A program made the position numbers and the translations under genes. This document shows positions 1-10,159 of a DNA stretch of 64,000 bases, one piece after another. The DNA is from Gammaproteobacteria bacterium (GTDB taxonomy: Bacteria > Pseudomonadota > Gammaproteobacteria > QZLD01). The stretch lies in the NCBI GenBank assembly GCA_004796365.1, contig QZLE01000154.1:4493-68492 (forward strand), given 5' to 3'. Every line of letters starts with the position of its first letter. Within the stretch, counting starts at the first letter, position 1. Below the pieces are notes generated by a model. The model was not told the DNA's origin, did not search any database, and saw nothing but the letters and a program-made list of their open reading frames with translations.

Positions 1-57
1 TTTAAGTAATGTCATTTCAAGTTATTTATTGGTGTTTTAGTTTTGAGAGGGGGTGGT

Positions 58-948
58 ATGCGTTTCAGGTTGTTTTTCGGACTTATTTTGGTTTTGATTC
101 AGTTTGGGTGCTCTTCACGTATGGAACGAATAGAGGTGCCTGTAAGTAAAGAAAATTCTGGGGTGAAGAATCTTGCAACAATTATTCTTACAAGACCTCC
201 AACGCCCCTTATGAGAATTGGCTTTGATGTATATGACGGTGATAAAAAGATTGGTGTTTTATATCAGAATAGCCAGATTGTTTGGAAGAGAAAGCCTGGT
301 TATGTGAGGCTGCATCTGGTTCCTCACCAAAGCGAATGGGTTAAGTTCGCAAACTCAGGGCGCATGATTGACTATATTGCAGGTATTAACTCAGGACATC
401 CTTATATACTTTATCAACTTACCTATGAAGATTATCTTGATCATGATAAACCATTTGAATATAAGTGTGGGATTAACGGGGAAGATGGCCGTACAATATG
501 GTTCGAACCACAGCGGTGGATTACGTCTTCAGACTTGAAAGTTCTGAAATCCCATAGCCATAATAATCGTAGCAATAATGAAAAGGTTGCTGAGGGCAAT
601 GTGCAGCAACTGTTAAAAGCTGGAAGTAAAAGCTGGGATTTCAAGATCAATTGGTTTATAGGTAATTCTCAAAAAAACGTCACTTTGGCAGAAGGTATGC
701 TGATAGATGATGTTTATTCCTTGATGAATATTGAAACAAGGTTTAAGGAGTACGCATTTATGGATGACTTATTACGAGGTCTGAGAAAGCAGGGGATATC
801 TCCCAGAGAGGCAAGAGGCCGCAATACATTTTATTTAAATGGTTCGTATCACCTTGAAAGGCTTTATGGACATTTCGTATTCAATGAAAACAAACGCTTA
901 ACAAATATTGATGACTCTCCATACAAAATACTCCCTTTCAGCATGTAG
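58..948 (+). CDS. hypothetical lipoprotein
   Basis: ATG at 58 sits 5 nt after a GAGGGGG Shine-Dalgarno; the track ORF starts at the upstream TTG at 43. N-terminus MRFRLFFGLILVLIQFGCSS has a lipobox (FGC). I recognise no family. Confidence 0.5.
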   Translation: MRFRLFFGLILVLIQFGCSSRMERIEVPVSKENSGVKNLATIILTRPPTPLMRIGFDVYDGDKKIGVLYQNSQIVWKRKPGYVRLHLVPHQSEWVKFANSGRMIDYIAGINSGHPYILYQLTYEDYLDHDKPFEYKCGINGEDGRTIWFEPQRWITSSDLKVLKSHSHNNRSNNEKVAEGNVQQLLKAGSKSWDFKINWFIGNSQKNVTLAEGMLIDDVYSLMNIETRFKEYAFMDDLLRGLRKQGISPREARGRNTFYLNGSYHLERLYGHFVFNENKRLTNIDDSPYKILPFSM

Positions 949-1037
949 TGGAATTGGAGGTATTCCCAGGCTCAGCTTGGGAATACCTTTTGGATACGGC
1001 ATAATATCCCCCATATTAGTAATCACCAAGAATCATA

Positions 1038-2951
1038 ATGCTCAAAATCTCTGAAATATCTTTATATCGCGGTGGCAGGCAACTGTTTGACCATGCATCG
1101 TTAACTGTTTTCTCTGATCAGCGCATCGGAATCGTAGGTGCCAACGGTACCGGTAAGAGTTCCCTTTTTGCTCTGATTAAGGGGGAACTTGGGTTGGATT
1201 CAGGCAGCATCGATTTATCTGGTGATTTAGTGATTTCCAGTGTGGCTCAGGAAACACCGGCAGTTGAAAGAACTGCTTTAGACTATGTCATCGATGGTGA
1301 CAATGAGCTGCGCAGGCTGCAGGCGGAACTGGCGCATGAAGAAGCTCAGGGGGATGGAGATCAGATCGCAACCTTGCACTCTCAGATTGATGCTATAGAT
1401 GGATATACTTGTCGTAATCGTGCAGCAGAACTGCTAGACGGGCTTGGATTTTCTGCGCAAGATATGGAAAAGATGGTTGCTGAATTCTCCGGTGGCTGGA
1501 GAATGCGTCTCAACTTGGCTCAGGCCCTGTTTTGTCGTTCTACACTTTTATTACTGGATGAACCGACTAACCATCTTGATCTTGAAGCTGTGGTTTGGTT
1601 GGAAGGATGGTTACGCTCCTATCAGGGAATGGTGCTGTTGATTTCTCATGATCGTGATTTTCTTGATTCTGTAGTTAATGGAATCGCCTGTTTGGAGCAG
1701 CAAAAGCTGACTTTATATTCGGGGAACTACACCGAGTTCGAATTAGTGCGAGCTGAAAAGCTGGCACAGCAGCAGGCTTTGTTTGAAAAGCAGCAGCGGG
1801 AAATTGAGCATATGCAAAGCTATATAACCCGCTTTAAGGCAAAGGCAACCAAGGCTAGGCAGGCTCAGAGCAGGGTTAAGGCCCTAGCCAGAATGGAAAA
1901 GATACTGCCTGCTCATATCGACTCAGGGTTTTCATTTCATTTTCGCCCGGCGCCAAAGTCACCAAAGCCTATGCTTAAGTTTGAAAATGCAGGGTTTTCA
2001 TACGATCCAGCGATACCTATAGTTGATGGTCTTGATCTTTCGATAATGCCTGGTGATCGTATAGGATTGCTAGGTGTAAACGGAGCAGGTAAGTCAACAT
2101 TAATTAAGATTTTTGCCTGTGATTTGCAGTTGTCTATAGGTGATATGTTATGTAGTGATGGGGTGGAGATTGGCTATTTTGCTCAGCACCAGTTAGAGCA
2201 GCTTGACCTATCTGCATCTGCGTTATTGCACATGCGCCGCATTGATCCAAAGGCAACGGATCAGGAACTGCTGAATTATCTGGGTGGATTTGGATTTGCA
2301 GGAGATAAGGTAGAAGTTGCTGTTGCTCCGTTTTCCGGTGGGGAAAAGGCAAGGCTGGTTTTGGCGATGATTGTATGGCAGCGGCCTAATCTTTTGCTGT
2401 TGGATGAGCCAACAAATCACCTTGATCTGGAGATGCGTCAGGCATTAGTGGTTGCTCTACAAGAATATGATGGTGCTGTGGTTATTGTTTCGCATGATAG
2501 ATATCTGCTGAACACAACTACAGACCGGTTCTTCTTGGTTGATTCCGGCAAATTGCAGGAGTTTGATGGTGACCTGGAAGATTATTATAAATGGCTTGTG
2601 GATCGGCATAAGTATTTGCAGGTAACCAAAGATGGAGATGAATGCTTTGATGAAACTGTGAGCTCATTATCTCGCAAGGATATGCGTAGGATTGAAGCAG
2701 AAAAGAGAAAACAGCTTTATCCTTTAAAAAAGCAGGCTGATTCGCTCGAGTCTAAAATCGATAAAATAACAAAAAGATTGGGTGATATTGAAGAAGAAAT
2801 GGCTGACCCACAGATCTATGCAGAAGACAACAAAGGGAAATTGCAAAAGATCATAGTTGAACAAAGCAGGCTTAAATCTGAAGTTGTTGAACTTGAAGAG
2901 CAGTGGATGGAGGCTTTGGAACTTATTGGGGAAATGGAGGGAGCCCTATAA
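1038..2951 (+). CDS. ABC-F family ATPase with two ABC domains and a coiled-coil C-terminus (YheS/Uup-like)
   Basis: Two Walker A motifs (GANGTGKSS, GVNGAGKST), two LSGG signatures (FSGGWRMR, FSGGEKAR), LLLDEPTNHLD repeated twice, no transmembrane segments. Confidence 0.85.
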   Translation: MLKISEISLYRGGRQLFDHASLTVFSDQRIGIVGANGTGKSSLFALIKGELGLDSGSIDLSGDLVISSVAQETPAVERTALDYVIDGDNELRRLQAELAHEEAQGDGDQIATLHSQIDAIDGYTCRNRAAELLDGLGFSAQDMEKMVAEFSGGWRMRLNLAQALFCRSTLLLLDEPTNHLDLEAVVWLEGWLRSYQGMVLLISHDRDFLDSVVNGIACLEQQKLTLYSGNYTEFELVRAEKLAQQQALFEKQQREIEHMQSYITRFKAKATKARQAQSRVKALARMEKILPAHIDSGFSFHFRPAPKSPKPMLKFENAGFSYDPAIPIVDGLDLSIMPGDRIGLLGVNGAGKSTLIKIFACDLQLSIGDMLCSDGVEIGYFAQHQLEQLDLSASALLHMRRIDPKATDQELLNYLGGFGFAGDKVEVAVAPFSGGEKARLVLAMIVWQRPNLLLLDEPTNHLDLEMRQALVVALQEYDGAVVIVSHDRYLLNTTTDRFFLVDSGKLQEFDGDLEDYYKWLVDRHKYLQVTKDGDECFDETVSSLSRKDMRRIEAEKRKQLYPLKKQADSLESKIDKITKRLGDIEEEMADPQIYAEDNKGKLQKIIVEQSRLKSEVVELEEQWMEALELIGEMEGAL

Positions 2952-2973
2952 TTCCCACCTTTGGCACAAAAAA

Positions 2974-4251
2974 CTAATTTCCAAGCAGTAATTTTTGTAC
3001 CGCTGCGATCTCTTCCCTAGCTTCATCACGAATAAGCAGGCCAGCGTGCCCTTCATCATCTTTTTGCAAACCAAGCTTGGCAAATGCAGGTGTTTCCGAA
3101 ACATCCGGATATTCACTGGCGTGGTCTCCGGTGGAAATATTATGCAACTGTGAGATAACGATCAGATCCGTATAGTCTGGCTGGTTATGTTCATCGCGCA
3201 TCCACTCGTCTGCATCTGCGGGTAGACTGGAAAGGTCATCCGGGAAATTCCACTTGCGCATAATCATGGTGCCGATCTGCCCTTTGTATTCTGAAATTGT
3301 TTTTTCCAGAAGCATAGGGTCCTGAGTTAGTTCAGGGTAGTTGCCGGCATGGACTAGCATTGGTACGACGCCGATATCGTGCACCAGGCCAGCTAAAAGC
3401 GCTTTGTCAGGTGAAAATCCACGGATTTTTTTTGATAGAACTGATGCAATAGCCGCTACCATGGTGCTGTGCATCCATAGTTCAACCATGCGTTTGTTCA
3501 AAAGAGGTGACTTAGACTTAAAGATATCGCGCATGGTAACCGCCATAACCAGTTCTCTGGTTGTGGATAGGCCAAGGCGCACAACAGCTGCAGAGACATT
3601 ATCAACTTGGCGTTGCCCAGTATATAACGCGCTGTTTGCAGCCTGAACAATTCTGGCAGTAACTACCGGGTCTGTCTGAATGATCTGGGAAACATCGTGG
3701 GCGCTGGCATCTGGATTTGATACAGCCTCACGTACCCTTATTGCCATGTCTGGCATGCTTGGAAGGTCTAATTTGTCCTCCATCAAATCCTGGAAAAGGC
3801 GGAAATAGATTCTGGTTCCCACATCTTCGCCACCTTCGTCAACTTCAGCCACTTCAGGTGCAGGTGGTTTTGTATCTTCTAAAAGCTGTTTTACTGTATC
3901 TGTTTTTACATTAATCAGGCGGATGTCTGTTTGGGCAATGGCAGACTTTTCATATGGCACTTCCCAACCAAGGGGTTTGTCAACAACGCCGGAGTCTCCC
4001 ATTCCAACAAGGGACTCTTGATCTCCAGTAGGACTTACTAAAACTAATACTCCAGAAAGCACAAAATGTGTATATTCGTCAGCGCCACCTTTTCGGAATA
4101 CCACGGTCTTTGCCGGATATTCTTCAATTGTACACTCCTTGGCCAAACTCTCGATGGAATCTGGTGGTAGGTCGCTAAATAGCGAGAGGTTTTCGATGAT
4201 CTCTGGAGAAACCCCGGTTGAAATTAATGTCATCTGCTTTTTTACCTTCAA
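2974..4251 (-). CDS. signal-transduction protein with an N-terminal cyclic-nucleotide-binding-like domain and a C-terminal HDOD domain
   Basis: HDOD-like motifs (LAGLVHDIGVVPMLVHAGNYPEL, LGLSTTRELVMAVTM). The N-terminal roughly 120 aa resemble a cNMP-binding fold. Confidence 0.65.
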   Translation of the reverse strand: MKVKKQMTLISTGVSPEIIENLSLFSDLPPDSIESLAKECTIEEYPAKTVVFRKGGADEYTHFVLSGVLVLVSPTGDQESLVGMGDSGVVDKPLGWEVPYEKSAIAQTDIRLINVKTDTVKQLLEDTKPPAPEVAEVDEGGEDVGTRIYFRLFQDLMEDKLDLPSMPDMAIRVREAVSNPDASAHDVSQIIQTDPVVTARIVQAANSALYTGQRQVDNVSAAVVRLGLSTTRELVMAVTMRDIFKSKSPLLNKRMVELWMHSTMVAAIASVLSKKIRGFSPDKALLAGLVHDIGVVPMLVHAGNYPELTQDPMLLEKTISEYKGQIGTMIMRKWNFPDDLSSLPADADEWMRDEHNQPDYTDLIVISQLHNISTGDHASEYPDVSETPAFAKLGLQKDDEGHAGLLIRDEAREEIAAVQKLLLGN

Positions 4252-4412
4252 AGCTCAAGTATTGGTTTTTATATAATATAATCTAGCAGTTTTTAACGAT
4301 AATTCATCTTATGTGTTATTAATATTTCCTTAAAATGAGAGTTAATGCTCAAGATGGAATTATTATAATTTTGTAAAGGTTGTTATAGCTGTTTGGTTTG
4401 GTAGTGCATTTT

Positions 4413-4421
4413 TGCTATAAT
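4413..4421 (+). promoter_or_regulatory. candidate extended -10 promoter element (TGcTATAAT) upstream of the 4540 ORF, followed by a short stem-loop plus T-run in the leader
   Basis: tgctataat at 4413-4421; cgcaaCTCttgcg then gttttt at about 4422-4440. Confidence 0.25.
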
Positions 4422-4539
4422 TCGCAACTCTTGCGGTTTTTCTGCAGGAGGTGAATGGAGAAAATATAATTATTTCAATATCTTATTCGTGGTGCTTCTA
4501 GGGTTTGAACGGTGCGGATTGCTTAAAGAAGGATGGTTT

Positions 4540-4833
4540 ATGGCTAGTATTTCTGATATCAAAGATTGCATACATAATCTACTGCCAGAGTATTCGGTAG
4601 ATGTTAAGGAGGACTTTGATAATGCAGCTATCACATTTCACATTAAAAAAGGCGTCAATTCATATCAGCTAAAGGTATCTGATGGGTTTATCGAAGGGAA
4701 AACCCCGGAAGATATTGCTGCGGCACTGGAAGGTGATAACTTTGTTACGCGCATGATTAATGCAGGGAGTCATCCAATGATTCTTACAAACGAAGGCCTA
4801 AATTACCTTAATAGTGAGGTTAATAGCGATTAG
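4540..4833 (+). CDS. hypothetical protein (about 97 aa)
   Basis: ATG at 4540 with an AAGGA RBS 7 nt upstream; the track ORF begins at GTG 4489. Followed by an intrinsic terminator. Confidence 0.4.
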   Translation: MASISDIKDCIHNLLPEYSVDVKEDFDNAAITFHIKKGVNSYQLKVSDGFIEGKTPEDIAAALEGDNFVTRMINAGSHPMILTNEGLNYLNSEVNSD

Positions 4834-4852
4834 TGTATATTTACAGAATCTA

Positions 4853-4886
4853 TCAAAAAAGGGAGGCTAATTGCCTCCCTTTTTAC
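4853..4886. terminator. bidirectional rho-independent terminator
   Basis: A-run, then GGGAGGC-taatt-GCCTCCC, then TTTTT; sits between the 4540 ORF and tRNA-Arg. Confidence 0.65.
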
Positions 4887-4913
4887 TTTGTGCTTTCAAC
4901 AACAAGCAAATAA

Positions 4914-4990
4914 TGGCGTCCCGAAGAGGATTCGAACCTCTGACCTACAGATTAGGAATCTGTTGCTCTATCCTGCTGAGCTACCGGGAC
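4914..4990 (-). tRNA. tRNA-Arg (anticodon CCT)
   Basis: 77-nt cloverleaf on the minus strand. Acceptor GTCCCGG/TCGGGAC, D-stem GCTC/GAGC, anticodon stem ACAGA/TCTGT with loop TTCCTAA, T-arm AGAGG-TTCGAAT-CCTCT, discriminator G plus an encoded CCA. Confidence 0.9.
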
Positions 4991-5057
4991 GCGTTAAAGA
5001 TCGCGTCCGGAAATAACTAACATCCTTGTTTTTGATTCTCTGCTGTACGAAGTCTGA

Positions 5058-7916
5058 TTAACTGGCTTTTGAATCAACCTTTTTCGTTTCAACCTGCTGC
5101 ATGTTGCTATTGGCTTTCTGCAATAGCTTTTTGTATGCGTCTTCGGCATCAGCATGCGCTGCTCCACTATTGGCGTTTTCATTTTTTTCTTGTGGCGTAA
5201 CGGCTGTGTTTGCTATTTTTGGTTCAGCAGGTTTTTCCACTGCCTCTTTGGCTTTAGGTTGCTCAGCTTTTGATTCAGGCTGTGGTTCATTTTTGGTCTC
5301 AGTTTTTTGTGCAGCTTCAGCCTTAGTTTTGGCTGCTGGTTTGGTTTCAACCTGCTGCGATTTTGGTTCAGCTTTAGGAGCAGCTTTTTCTTGCGGTTTG
5401 TCGGCAGTGTCAGTTTTTGCTGGTTCCGCTCTCTTCTCCTCAATTTTAGCTTCCGCTTTTGGTGCACTTTCTGCTTTTGCCAGCTCTGCAGGCTTAGCTT
5501 CTGCTGTGGTCTCAATCTGAGCTGGTTTAGTAATTTCAGTCTTTGCAGGTTTAACGCCTTCAGGTTTTTTGTCAGCTGCTGGTACTTCTTTCTTGGTTGA
5601 AGGGCCTTGCTTAGCTTTTGCATGTGGTTCTTGCTTTTCCAAGTGATCTTTCTGTGCTGAAGGCTTTTGTTTGGCTGAAGGCTCTTTGTGCGCTGAAGGC
5701 TCCTGTTTTGCTGAAGGCTCCTGTTTTGTTGAAGGCTCCTGTTTTGTTGAAGGCTCGACAGCTTGCTGTGAATCTTTTGCTGTTTCTGTCTGCGCAGTTA
5801 CTTGATCATTGGTTGCAACCTCTGTGTTTTCATTAGTTCTGCGCTTGCGCTGTCTGCCACCACGTCTACTGCGTCTGGTTGATGAGCTTTTGCTCTCGTC
5901 ATCGCTTTTTGTTTCTGGAGCTTCTGCTACTGATTTTGCAGCTGCATTACCGTTTTCACCAGCAGTTTTGGTTTGCTTGGTATTTTGTCTGCTGCGATTA
6001 CTTGCTGGCTTATTTGCAGTTTTGGTTTCCTGCTGTTTTGTATCAGAGCTCTTCTTGCGCTGCTTGTTTTGCTGGCCTTTTGCCTTGGTTTTTGTAGCTT
6101 CAGAACTTTCAGATGATCGAGCAACATTTTGTTTGTTGCGGTTTTGTGCTTTTGTTGGAGAGGTTTTTTGCTGGCCGGCTTTTGATTTAGGCTTGCTTGG
6201 CTTAATTTCAACAGCAGGCTCTGCTTTTGTGCTATCGCTAGAGAAAATAGAAATTATTTTCTGGATAAGTCCTTTGCCGCTATCCTCTTTGCGAGGTGGG
6301 CGCGGAGTTTCCGGTTCTATGCCGCTTACTGCTGGTGTTTCAGCTGGTGCAGCTTTAACAGGCGCCGGTGAGGTGATCTCTTCAAGTTCTTCATCTTTCC
6401 ATTCGGTAGCCATATTGTAACTAGCAGTACCTTTTTTGTCGGTCTCGTTGGCCTTAACGCGGTCAATTTCAAAGTGAGGGGCGGTAAATGATTTATTTGG
6501 TATTAATACTATTTCGATATTGTGTGCTGTTTCCAGGCTTGCAATTGCTGACCTCTTTTCATTCAGAAGATAGGTGCCGATCTCAACTGGTACCTGAACA
6601 ATAATTTGTGTAGTAGTTTCTTTTATCGCATGCTCTTCAAGGATGCGGAAAATTGACAGGGCCATAGACTCAGTAGAACGGATAGTGCCTTGGCCATTAC
6701 AGTGTGGGCAGATTGAGTGCGTTGCTTCACCAAGGGCTGAGCGTAACCTTTGACGCGACATCTCCAGTAGGCCAAATCTAGATATGCGTCCAATCTGAAC
6801 GCGGGCTCTGTCCATTTGCAGAGAATCTTTGAGGCGGTTTTCAACCTCACGCTGATTCTTGGAGTTAAGCATATCGATAAAGTCGATGACAATAAGGCCG
6901 CCAAGGTCACGGATGCGAAGCTGTCTGGCAATCTCGTCAGCGGCTTCCAGGTTGGTGTTTAGGGCAGTTTCTTCAATGTCACTACCTTTGGTTGCCTGGG
7001 CTGAGTTGATATCGATTGAAATCAAAGCTTCGGTTCTATCGATTACGATAGCTCCACCTGATGGAAGGCGCACCTCTCGCAGGTAAGCGGATTCAATCTG
7101 GCTTTCTATTTGATATCTTGAAAAAAGAGGGATATCACTTTGATATAACTTAAGTTTAGACAGGTTGTGAGGCATTACCTGCTTCATAAAGCTGTATGCC
7201 TCATTGTAGGTGTTCTCATCGTCTATCTGGATCTCTCCTACATCATTGCGGAAGTTGTCTCTAAGTGCGCGAATGATTGCATTACTTTCCTGGTAGATGA
7301 GAAATGGAGCAGGCTGTTCTTCAGCTGCGGTGTTAATTGCGCCCCAGATCTGCAGCAGGTAGTCCAGATCCCACTGAAGTTCTTCCAGTGATTTGCCCAC
7401 ACCGGCTGTGCGCACGATCATTCCCATGCCGCTTGGATATTCAAGGGTTTTCAAGATATTGCGAATTTGGTCTCTGTCATCCCCTTCGATGCGACGCGAA
7501 ACGCCACCAGCTCTAGGGTTGTTCGGCATAAGCACAAGGTATCGACCTGCAAGACTTATGAAAGTTGTAAGTGCTGCGCCTTTGTTGCCGCGCTCCTCTT
7601 TTTCAACTTGAACTACGACCTCTTGGCCTTCGGAAATAACTTCCTTAATGCTGATTTTTCCAGAAAGATCCGCATCAGATTTAAAGTAGGTTTTGGAAAT
7701 TTCTTTAAGTGGAAGGAAACCGTGTCTGTTGGAACCGTATTCAACAAATGCAGCTTCCAGGCTTGGTTCAACTCGGGTGATTTTGCCTTTGTAGATATTG
7801 GCTTTTTTTCTTACAACAGCCAGTCTTTCAACGTCTAAATCATATAGTTTTTGGCCGTCAACCATAGCAACACGCAACTCTTCTTGCTGAGTCGCGTTGA
7901 CAAGTAGTCTTTTCAT
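5058..7916 (-). CDS. rne: ribonuclease E
   Basis: N-terminus [30 protein letters not shown], an S1 domain, and the catalytic-domain Cys pair CPHCNGQG. The C-terminal half is a low-complexity Lys/Glu/Pro/Ser/Ala-rich scaffold with KQEPS(T/A) repeats. Confidence 0.95.
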   Translation of the reverse strand: MKRLLVNATQQEELRVAMVDGQKLYDLDVERLAVVRKKANIYKGKITRVEPSLEAAFVEYGSNRHGFLPLKEISKTYFKSDADLSGKISIKEVISEGQEVVVQVEKEERGNKGAALTTFISLAGRYLVLMPNNPRAGGVSRRIEGDDRDQIRNILKTLEYPSGMGMIVRTAGVGKSLEELQWDLDYLLQIWGAINTAAEEQPAPFLIYQESNAIIRALRDNFRNDVGEIQIDDENTYNEAYSFMKQVMPHNLSKLKLYQSDIPLFSRYQIESQIESAYLREVRLPSGGAIVIDRTEALISIDINSAQATKGSDIEETALNTNLEAADEIARQLRIRDLGGLIVIDFIDMLNSKNQREVENRLKDSLQMDRARVQIGRISRFGLLEMSRQRLRSALGEATHSICPHCNGQGTIRSTESMALSIFRILEEHAIKETTTQIIVQVPVEIGTYLLNEKRSAIASLETAHNIEIVLIPNKSFTAPHFEIDRVKANETDKKGTASYNMATEWKDEELEEITSPAPVKAAPAETPAVSGIEPETPRPPRKEDSGKGLIQKIISIFSSDSTKAEPAVEIKPSKPKSKAGQQKTSPTKAQNRNKQNVARSSESSEATKTKAKGQQNKQRKKSSDTKQQETKTANKPASNRSRQNTKQTKTAGENGNAAAKSVAEAPETKSDDESKSSSTRRSRRGGRQRKRRTNENTEVATNDQVTAQTETAKDSQQAVEPSTKQEPSTKQEPSAKQEPSAHKEPSAKQKPSAQKDHLEKQEPHAKAKQGPSTKKEVPAADKKPEGVKPAKTEITKPAQIETTAEAKPAELAKAESAPKAEAKIEEKRAEPAKTDTADKPQEKAAPKAEPKSQQVETKPAAKTKAEAAQKTETKNEPQPESKAEQPKAKEAVEKPAEPKIANTAVTPQEKNENANSGAAHADAEDAYKKLLQKANSNMQQVETKKVDSKAS

Positions 7917-8522
7917 TTTGTAAATCTCTTTGTTTTTTAGCGCTCTACCTTGCTTTGGCCTTTCCTTGCATCTGGCTTGATCATCAATGGCGGCAACTGT
8001 TTTTTGCAGTTTGTTTTCTAAGCCGCGCGAATTTCTTTATTGCCTTGATGCCGTACTTTTGCCGAACATATAGCTTTGGGAGCGCTTGATTATATTGCTC
8101 ATTTATAAGTATGGGTTGAGCAATACTTAACCCTAATATTCAATCCATGGTTTGGCACATTACTTTTGGGATGCTGGTCAGCTTATAAAAAAGCTGTACG
8201 TTTTGTTTTGTGATACTAAATAAACTGCTAGGAAGAGTTATTTAGTTAACATTTATCACCCTGAAGCTGCCACCCCTTTGGGTAGAATCTTTGCGTGTTC
8301 GAGTTTGCATTATTTTGCGCAAAATCTGCAGCATATTACGCTGCTTTGCAACACTATAGCAGTGATTAATCTTCGCTTCAAATAAATAGTACATTCTTTT
8401 TTACAGTTTTTTTACTAAAAGCTATATAAAATATCAAGTTGAGTAAAGCTTAGGTAATAAAGGGTAAATTGGGATAGAATGCTGTTTCTTGCGCAGATAT
8501 ATTTTAATAAGTTTGGTAGATA
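7917..8522. promoter_or_regulatory. 606-nt divergent rne/rluC intergenic region; presumed long rne 5'UTR and promoters
   Basis: E. coli rne has a long structured, autoregulatory 5'UTR and is divergent from rluC. Here it is called by position only; no structure was computed. Confidence 0.4.
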
Positions 8523-9500
8523 ATGAGTAATAGTTCTGTACGTTTAGTCGAGGTTTCTGAGGAAGATCAGGGGCAACGTCTTGATAATTTTCTTGTAAGA
8601 CACCTAAAAGGAGTGCCTAAAAACAGAATCTATAAGCTATTACGAAAAGGTGAATTTCGAGTCAATAAGGGGCGGAAAAAACCTGATTATCGAGTGCAGG
8701 ATGGAGACGTAGTAAGGATTCCTCCTATTAGGGTTTCTGAAGGAAGGCAGGCATCTCCAGGGGGGAGCGTGATTGAAATTGTAAAGCGCTCAATAATCTT
8801 TGAAGACGAATCGATAATGGTTGTTAATAAACCTTCTGGCCTAGCAGTTCACGGCGGAAGTGGTCTTAATTACGGATTGATTGAGGCGTTGAGAGCTGTT
8901 TATCCAAACGCCCCTTTTTTAGAACTTGTTCACCGTATTGATCGCGATACCAGTGGTTGTGTGATGGTGGCCAAAAAAAGGAGCAGGTTGCGCGAGATTC
9001 ACGGACTTATGCGTGAGTCAAAGCTTGATAAATACTATCAGCTATTGGTTTGTGGCCAGTGGGATAAGAGTAACATTAAGGTGGATGCAAGCCTGGAAAA
9101 GTTTACTATTCAAGGTGGGGAGCGGATGGTTAAGGTTTCTAAAGATGGTAAGTCATCGCTCACGATTTTTAAGATATTGCAAGAGTTTGAGTATGCTACG
9201 CTTTTGGAGGCGGACCTTAAGACGGGTAGAACGCATCAGATCAGGGTGCATACTAAACACTGCGGCAACCCGATAGCTGGTGATGATAAGTATGGTGATA
9301 GAGAGGAAAACAAGGAGTTTCGTGATTTTGGGTTGAAACGTTTGTTTTTGCATGCTGCCAAGCTGCGTTTTGTAATGCCGTCCTCTGGAAAAGAGTATGT
9401 TGTCGAAGCCCCTTTGCCCCAGGACCTTCAGGAAGTTGTAAATAGGTTAAGTTCAAACCGGCTGAATTCAAACAAAGGGCAGAATCAGAATGAAGTATGA
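8523..9500 (+). CDS. rluC: 23S rRNA pseudouridine synthase RluC (S4 domain plus RluA-family catalytic domain)
   Basis: HRIDRDTSGCVMVAKK catalytic-Asp motif, an N-terminal S4-like region, and conserved synteny divergent from rne. Confidence 0.85.
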   Translation: MSNSSVRLVEVSEEDQGQRLDNFLVRHLKGVPKNRIYKLLRKGEFRVNKGRKKPDYRVQDGDVVRIPPIRVSEGRQASPGGSVIEIVKRSIIFEDESIMVVNKPSGLAVHGGSGLNYGLIEALRAVYPNAPFLELVHRIDRDTSGCVMVAKKRSRLREIHGLMRESKLDKYYQLLVCGQWDKSNIKVDASLEKFTIQGGERMVKVSKDGKSSLTIFKILQEFEYATLLEADLKTGRTHQIRVHTKHCGNPIAGDDKYGDREENKEFRDFGLKRLFLHAAKLRFVMPSSGKEYVVEAPLPQDLQEVVNRLSSNRLNSNKGQNQNEV

Positions 9501-10131
9501 ATTAATAGTTTTTGACTGGGACGGTACCTTAAAGGACTCCCAGTCTCATATAGTTGATGGACTTTGTATCGCAGCGAAAGAGCTGGGTGTGGAGCTAAGG
9601 CGCGAAGATGCTAAGGATATAATCGGCCTATCTTTGGTTTCTGCAATTGAGAAACTGGTGCCTGGTATCTCGAGTGCTGATCTGGAGCGTTTTGTGAAGA
9701 TTTATAGGGAGCATTTTTACAAAACTTTGCCGCAAACGAATTTATTTGATGGTGTTGAGCATATGTTGCAGAATCTGGCTTCACAGGGATACATGCTGGC
9801 TGTTGCGACGGGGATGAGTCGCGCCGGGCTTGATAGCTCAATGCAGAAGTTGGGCGTGGCGAAATATTTTGATGATACAATCTGTGCGGATGAGAGTGTC
9901 TCTAAGCCTGCTCCGGATATGTTGGTTGAGGTTATAGACAGACTTGGAGTTGATAAATCCTGTGCATTGATGATTGGTGATACGGAATTTGACTTAGAGA
10001 TGGCGCTTAATGCCGGGGTTGATTCTGTTGCTGTCTGCTGCGGGGTGCATGAGCGTAAAAGGTTGGAAAAGTATCCGGTAAAGGTGATCTTAGGTTATAC
10101 ACCTGAGATTGTTGAATGGTTAAAGCAGTAG
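9490..10131 (+). CDS. HAD-superfamily phosphatase (phosphoglycolate phosphatase-like)
   Basis: Motif I FDWDGTL and a later GDTEFD motif; overlaps the rluC stop by 11 nt. Confidence 0.8.
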   Translation: MKYELIVFDWDGTLKDSQSHIVDGLCIAAKELGVELRREDAKDIIGLSLVSAIEKLVPGISSADLERFVKIYREHFYKTLPQTNLFDGVEHMLQNLASQGYMLAVATGMSRAGLDSSMQKLGVAKYFDDTICADESVSKPAPDMLVEVIDRLGVDKSCALMIGDTEFDLEMALNAGVDSVAVCCGVHERKRLEKYPVKVILGYTPEIVEWLKQ

Positions 10132-10159
10132 ATATGATGATATATAGCAGGGGAAGGAA

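Noticed and set aside
5640-5765. Tandem repeats in rne, and the ribD repeat at 32220-32291, considered as a possible CRISPR or VNTR locus.
   Set aside because: The repeats are contiguous with no spacers, in-frame and coding (hexapeptide repeats). They are not a CRISPR array.
5101-6420. Several long ORFs antisense to or overlapping rne (5101..5520+, 5213..5623-, 5307..5600+, 5809..6420+, 5927..6211-).
   Set aside because: They are artefacts of the low-complexity, repeat-rich rne C-terminal region. They have no RBS and no recognisable domains.
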